Assembly (NCBI GenBank): GCA_964270895.1
Contig: OZ185435.1
Direction: 5' to 3' (one strand)
Length of the DNA: 64,000 bases
Source: Podarcis filfolensis
Lineage: Eukaryota
Of the stretch, positions 57,960 through 64,000 are shown one piece after another. The position numbers were made by a program, and so were the translations under genes. The notes below the pieces were generated by a model. It saw only the letters and a program-made list of their open reading frames with translations. It was not told where the DNA came from and ran no database searches. Position 1 is the stretch's first letter. Every line of letters begins with the position of its first letter.

Positions 57960-60900
57960 ATGGGCCAAGCCCTATGTATCTGCTCAAGGGGAACCATCAC
58001 CATCAATAACAAACGTTACCTTTTAATCCATAGACTTGGGGAGGGGTGAGTATATGAGAACTGAGGACTAAGTTTTCACACATCTCATCTACACATTGAG
58101 CACTGTCATTGTTAGCAAGATATAAAGCTGAAAGGTACATCATCTAGGATCCGTGTAGTCCAGTGGTGGGGATTCTGTGGCACTTGAGATGCTGTTGGAT
58201 TTCAGCTTCCATCATCTTTGACCATTGTCCATATTGGTTGTGACTGGAGGACACATATTCCCCATCCCACCCCATCTACCAAATCCACTGCAGAGGCAAT
58301 ATTCATCCTGTACAAATCACCCCTCAATATTTTTTTTCATGCTTTGGTGTAAGCTCCTTTGAACTTACTTCTGAGTAAATGTGCTTAGGATTAAGCAGCA
58401 AATATTTCTGCAGACAGCTACAACTACTCTGAACAACTTGTTCCGTTGCTTACTCATTCATTACAGTTGGAAAGTTTATTCCTGATATGTAACCAAAGTC
58501 TTCTTTGCTGCAATTTGAACCTGCTGGTCTTCCCTCAGTAGTCTTGGTAAACAGACATCCTCACTCCTCTGTGTCATCCTTTAGATAACTAAAACACACT
58601 GAACTGCTAAGCCGTCAGACCAGCTCGGTGGTGGTGGTGTTTTTTCTGATGACTGCAAATGTCTGATGTTACAGATGAAACTGCAGGAAGCATCAGGATA
58701 TAGGGTGATCTGTCCTCCAACCTTCATTCCCAATGGGTTAGGGACACTTTCAGTGTATGGTTGAAACCCTCATTGTTATTGATAAGCCTGTTAAATTGCT
58801 GTGTAATTTTGCACTGTTTGCCAGCTGTGATGATGGATAGAGAGGAGCACAAATACATTCCTGTGCCACAGCATGAAATTAATGCCTTATTCCTCAGTTG
58901 ATCATTGGAGAGGAAGAAGGTTACATAATTTCCTCTTTTTAAAAATCTCCTATTCTGAGTTGTAATGGCACTACTTTGTTAGCTTAGAGGTGGGCAGGAG
59001 CAGAGGCCTGTGCGTACAGACAGCAGGAGAGGAGAAGAAAAATCCTTCCCCCGCCCCCACCAAGCTGCCTGCTCTGTTCCTGACATACCTTCTCCCCACA
59101 CAGAGGTTTTAGCTACGTGGACCTAGTAGAAGGGCTGCACGATGGGCGCTTCTATGCACTGAAACGCATCATATGCCATGACAAGGATGATCGCCAGGAG
59201 GCCATGCATGAGGTAGAGATGCACCTTCTCTTTGAGCATCCCAACATCCTGACCCTGTGTGCACATGCCATGGTGGAGAGGGGATCCAAACACGAGGCCT
59301 GGCTCCTGTTGCCTTTCCTGAAGGTGAGTGTGGGTGTAAGGTGCAGGTGGATACAGCAGTGCATGCTGGGAAATGTAGTATTTGTGGCTACATCATGCAA
59401 GGCTGAGAGGTGTTGTATACTGGGACCGTAGCTGCAGAGGTTGGTCTCTTCCAGCAGCCGCCTGGTTCCCACCAAGGATGGATACATGAGGCCATTTTCA
59501 GGATGGAGCCACTTGATGGAACCCGGCTTCTACACCAGTTGCAATCGGTCCCATAGCATTTATTCATAAAATTGTTTTCATCTTGCCCTTTGGACTCCCA
59601 CCCCAGGTGGCCTGCAATCACAAGTTAAAAAAATAAACCAACAGAGGTTTCCCAGGGTACAGAATGGAAAGGGTGTCATCAGCATATAGATGGTACCCAG
59701 TCCCAAATCCTTGGATAATCTTTCCCAGTAGTTTTCATGTTTCTACTAGACAGCATAAGGGACAAGCTGAACCCTGAGATTCATCTCATTTTTGGCTGCC
59801 AGAGCCTCAGAGCGCATGTTATTCTCCTTGACTTCTACTGGACCAGATTCCAGAGCTGTCCTCTGTGATAAAGGACCTCCATCTGCTTTTACAGACTTTG
59901 CTGCTTCAGTTTTAAAGGATTTAGTAACATGGCAGCACATGAGATTTTGTGGCAGGTGCCACAATTCTCAGGGGATCAGATAATCTGATCTGGTTTTTCT
60001 CTACACACCCCTTAATGTGGTGGGCATGGCAGCACCCCTGTGAAGTCAGCTTGGAGCCTCAGGCATCCATTCCTTTCCTAAATTCAGCCCAGATCAGTAA
60101 GCTGAAAGCAAAGGTTGTCTTTATTGTAGTTTTACTCCACTGTGCTGTGCTCAACTGTGCTCCCAAATTTCTGCTATGCTTGCATTTTGGCCCTGGCAGA
60201 AAGCTCCACAACAATAGTCACCTAAAAACAGCAGACCCCAGCAGAGTGATAGGGCAAGTTCAGAGCTGGAAGCATGGTGACCCATAGTAAAGCAGAAATA
60301 AGTGCCTCTTGGAATGGTTAGGCAATCAGGCTGGCTCCAAAGCTGCTGTCCCCAAAAGCTTTTTTTTTGCATCTTCTCGGTCATATTGGAGTGGGGATGG
60401 TGCCATCCTCTAGGAAATCACTTCCTTCAACCCTGTGCAGGTGGAGGGTTTGTACCTAATACATTAAATGCACTAATAGAGGATCTCTTCCTCATCCGGT
60501 ATTTTTTGAGGAGAATATGTGTGATCCCCATCACCAGCGTGCCTGGGCTTCTCTTTGCAGAGAGGGACCCTTTGGCAGGAAGTTGAAACTCTGAGAGATA
60601 AAGACGCCTTCATGCCAGAGGAGAGGATCCTGGCCATCCTTCACGGCATCTGCCGGGGCCTGCAGGCCATTCATAACAAGGGCTATGCACACAGGTGAGA
60701 AGCTGGGTCTAGAAAGTATGGGGCATTCTCACCGTTGGAACAGAGCCCATGTGTGGGGAGGGTGGAGGAAGTGGGTGACGTAGGTGATCAGTTATAGATC
60801 AGTATTGACAGCACCGACACAGGAGTTTGCAAAGGTAAAGAACCACATTTTGACATGGAGCAGTATTTGCAATAGGGGAAGCCAGAGCCTGGGGACGTAG

Positions 60901-62457
60901 GAGGTTCAAAGCCGACTTCAAAGCTCTGATGGTTCTGTGGCTGGACAAATCAAGGATCTTTTTTTCAGAGACCTGAAGCCTACAAATGTGCTCCTGGATG
61001 ATGAGGACCAACCGCTGCTGATGGACCTGGGCTCTATGAATCAGGCCCGCATTGAGGTGCAAAGCTTGCGGGAGGCCATGACTATTCAGGTAGGAGGGCA
61101 GCCTGGTGAAAAGGAAATGGGACAATAGCTGCTTCCAGCAAAGATGGTGAAGAACCCTCTAAATTAGATTAATTGTAAAAGGAGCTCAGGCAGGCACCAG
61201 TCCCCTCAACACCTGCAATTAAACAGAAGAGTGGAAGGGAATGTTAGCAAGTTGTGATCTTGTTTGCCCATGCAAAACGATCAATGTCATACTATGCAAT
61301 CTTTGCTTCTGTAACATGGAAAATTTCCACAGAGGAAAGAGCAGTTTAAAAAAACTTCACGAAGTTCTCAGAAGCTACCTATTCCTTAACTAAAGTCACC
61401 ATAAATTGTGTCTCCAAAGATTAACAGCATTCCCCCTTCCATCCCACATAGCGTGGTTAGGGCTGCAGCAAGAGGCAAATAAACTAGCATATAAACTATG
61501 ATGGGTCATTAATTTAGAAAGTTATCATCTTCCTCATAATTAAATCATAATGTCAATCACTTCAAAGTATATGTAGAATTGAGAGGCCTGTGGGCAGGCA
61601 GAGCCCGAGGTTTCCTTCTTTTCTCTGGTAAGCTGCAATCATTCACTTTAACACTACTGCCGCTACATTAAATTATAGGCATTGCAGGAATGTTCCTGAG
61701 GAAAAAAGTTGAGACGAAGGCCTCTTTACTTTCTCTTTCTCTCTCCCTCGCTAACACACTGTATTTGAGATTAAGTTCTTGTCTTATTTATTATTTATTA
61801 AATTTGTCAGTCGCTTTATATTGCCCAAAGTGACTTCCCTCTAATTTATTTTGCAGGACTGGGCTGCCCAACGTTGCACCATCTCATACAGAGCCCCAGA
61901 GCTGTTCACTGTGGAGCGTGAATGCGTCATCGATGAACGTACTGACATCTGGGTAAGGATCCTCCATTTCCACTTAGAAAAAAAAAATCCTCTTGGTCAC
62001 CTAAGTCAAAGGATGCAATACCCCAATTTGTCTCTGTGCAAGGGAGGGAGATCCTGTCCTTGAGGTGCCTTCCCATTCAAGAGCCAGCTTTCTCCCTACT
62101 CTCACCTTGCCTCTGCTTAGTCCTTAGGCTGCGTTCTGTACTGTATGATGTTTGGAGAGGGGCCTTACGACATGATCTTCCAAAAGGGGGACAGTGTGGC
62201 CTTGGCGGTGCAGAACCAACTCAGTGTGCCCCAGAATACCAGGTAAGGAATGGCTGTGTGGAAGGAAGGTTGTCCTTGATCCAAGACAGACCAGGTACAA
62301 AGCGCCTCTGAATTTCAGGTACTCGCCTGCTTTGGAACGCCTCCTCTCCTCCATGATGGTGGTGAATCCCCAGGAGCGCCCATTCATCACTGACATCATA
62401 GGCCAGCTTGAAGCGATACAGCCACCTCCCACCGGGCAGGACATGACACGCATCTGA
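57960..62457 (+). CDS. STK16: Serine/threonine kinase 16 (NAK family), CDS 918 nt / 305 aa
   Basis: Coding exons: 57960-58045, 59104-59323, 60561-60694, 60969-61089, 61857-61952, 62121-62242, 62319-62457 (TGA). N-terminal MGQALCIC (myristoylation and palmitoylation motif), LGEGGFSYV, YALKRI, HRDLKPTN, MDLG, RCTISYRAPE and DIWSLGC. AATAAA at 62894. Confidence 0.97.
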
Positions 62458-64000
62458 GCCCAGAGTGTGTGGGGTAAACATGGAGGCAGCAAAGGAACTG
62501 AAGCCCACGTGGGGGACCTCCAGTGGTTCAAAGTTTACAGGAAAGAGTGGACAAGGCTTCATTGCATTCCAGTTCCGTGCCTGCCTCCTTCCTTCGGGAA
62601 CTCTTCCGCAGTGGGGCCATCGCCTGCCTTGGAACTTGCTTGAAGGTCCTCCTGCCATTCTCACTGGTGGCCTAGCATGCACCTTACTGGGCTTCACCTG
62701 CGTTGTAGGCCATGGTCAGCCACCTCCCCAAAGCAACAGGATGCTGCTCTTACAAGGGACCAAGATACCTCATCACCGGCTGGGAAAGAGAACCCAGCAT
62801 TCTGTACTGAAGTACAGCTTCTAGATTAATGATTTAAGAAGCTGGTGTCCTAGTTGTTTTGGTACAGGCATGTCTTCTGGGCCTGTCATGTCAAATAAAG
62901 TCTTCATACTCAGCTGTATAAACATATTTAGTATGTGATTTGCAAATATATAAACTGGGGGGGGGGCAAAGAGGGAGGTGGGGCAACCATGGTGTATTTC
63001 TCTTACTCCTTATACTTTTGTCTACTTCTTGTTGTACTCCTGGTACCATCTTTGCCATCTTTTCTGGCTAGAAAAACTGCATTGTGTAAACATTTGTGTG
63101 TTTTATATGCTTTATGCTACAGCTGCTAATTATTCAGAGCTGAAAAGATCTGTGCGGGGTAGGAAATCATGTCTACCTTGACCAAGGTGCGAGTCAATTT
63201 TCAGAACAAGAGTTGTGTCAAGTCTGTTGGAGCAAACTCACAAGAGAGTCTTAAAAGACCTTGAAAGCTCATGTTATTACTGCCTTCATGGAAGCAGGCA
63301 GGGGGATACATACACACACACACGTAAGTCTAGAAATGTTTCTCATCAATGAAAGTCAAATACAGTATGATGTATTTGGTCTCAGTACTAAACTTCTGTG
63401 TATGTGAAACAGAACACATATCAGGCACTTTAGCAGTGTGTTAAACAGCAGGGATGGCAACTGCTGTTAGTGCAGTTAAGGCATTCAGACTGAAGAGTGT
63501 GTCAGCAATGTGAGATTCTTTGGCCCTTCATAAAGTAGGGGTTGTACACATCCTCCACCACCCATTGCGAGAGTAGGTAAAGAGGGGAGCTTCTAGCTTG
63601 AGATTCCTATGCTATATAGCCCATGTATAGTCAAAGCAGCCACGGTGGCAGGCAAGGAGAGAGAGGACTGGCTGCCTGCCTGGTATGGAGGGCAAAGCCT
63701 TGCCAAACCTGACTTGCAGCCAGCACATTTTCAGGTTGGGTGTAACCACTCCTCCTCTTCCACTCAATGCCCCCCCTTGCTCCTGGAAGAATGAATAAGT
63801 GCTTTGTCCAGAGAAGCAGCAGCCAATAGAGGAAAAGCAAACATTTTTCATCTGGAGTACATAAATCCTACCCCTAATTTCACAGTTAAGGTGAGGCCCA
63901 CTCCCATCTGTCTCGCTGATCTCACTGGTCTTTATCTTTAAAACTTTATATGACTCCTCACTTGTCTAAGAACTGGAGCCTAAAGTGTTCTAGGCAAGGT

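Noticed and set aside
62243-62318. In-frame alternative acceptor (CAG|GTAC at 62295) in the 76-nt STK16 last intron, adding YKAPLNFR
   Set aside because: It would leave a 52-nt intron with no pyrimidine tract, below typical vertebrate minimum size, so it is unlikely without read support.
62900-64000. Expected 3' end of the next syntenic gene (TUBA4A in mammals)
   Set aside because: No tubulin-like coding sequence was seen; it is presumably beyond the window.
1-64000. CRISPR arrays, tRNA/rRNA genes, intact transposase or reverse-transcriptase ORFs
   Set aside because: None was recognisable. All TEs seen are non-autonomous or degraded fragments.

Overview
This is eukaryotic genomic DNA from a vertebrate. 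The repeat content (CR1 and L2 fragments, MIR/Ther1-like SINEs, many small hAT and Tigger-like MITEs) suggests a squamate reptile, possibly a lacertid lizard (inference). The window holds a compact gene block that I recall is syntenic with human 2q35: ABCB6 (minus, first two coding exons only), ATG9A (minus, 14 coding exons, 850 aa), ANKZF1 (plus, 15 coding exons, 691 aa), GLB1L (minus, 16 coding exons, 630 aa) and STK16 (plus, 7 coding exons, 305 aa). I reconstructed all exons by hand from splice signals and remembered human proteins. Phases join consistently and each complete CDS length is divisible by 3. There are three CpG islands; two are head-to-head promoters (ATG9A/ANKZF1 and GLB1L/STK16). 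The most notable details are a minor-spliceosome AT-AC intron in ATG9A, a probable GC-AG intron in ANKZF1, an ATF4-like uORF layout in the predicted ATG9A leader, uORFs in STK16 and GLB1L, and a phase-compatible 3' UTR ORF that could give ATG9A another C-terminus. Also notable are a putative solo LTR beside the GLB1L/STK16 promoter, several hAT MITEs with intact 8-bp target-site duplications, and ZNF143-like motifs inside lizard repeats. I found no convincing wholly new gene or system; the novel items are regulatory hypotheses that need RNA or ribosome data.
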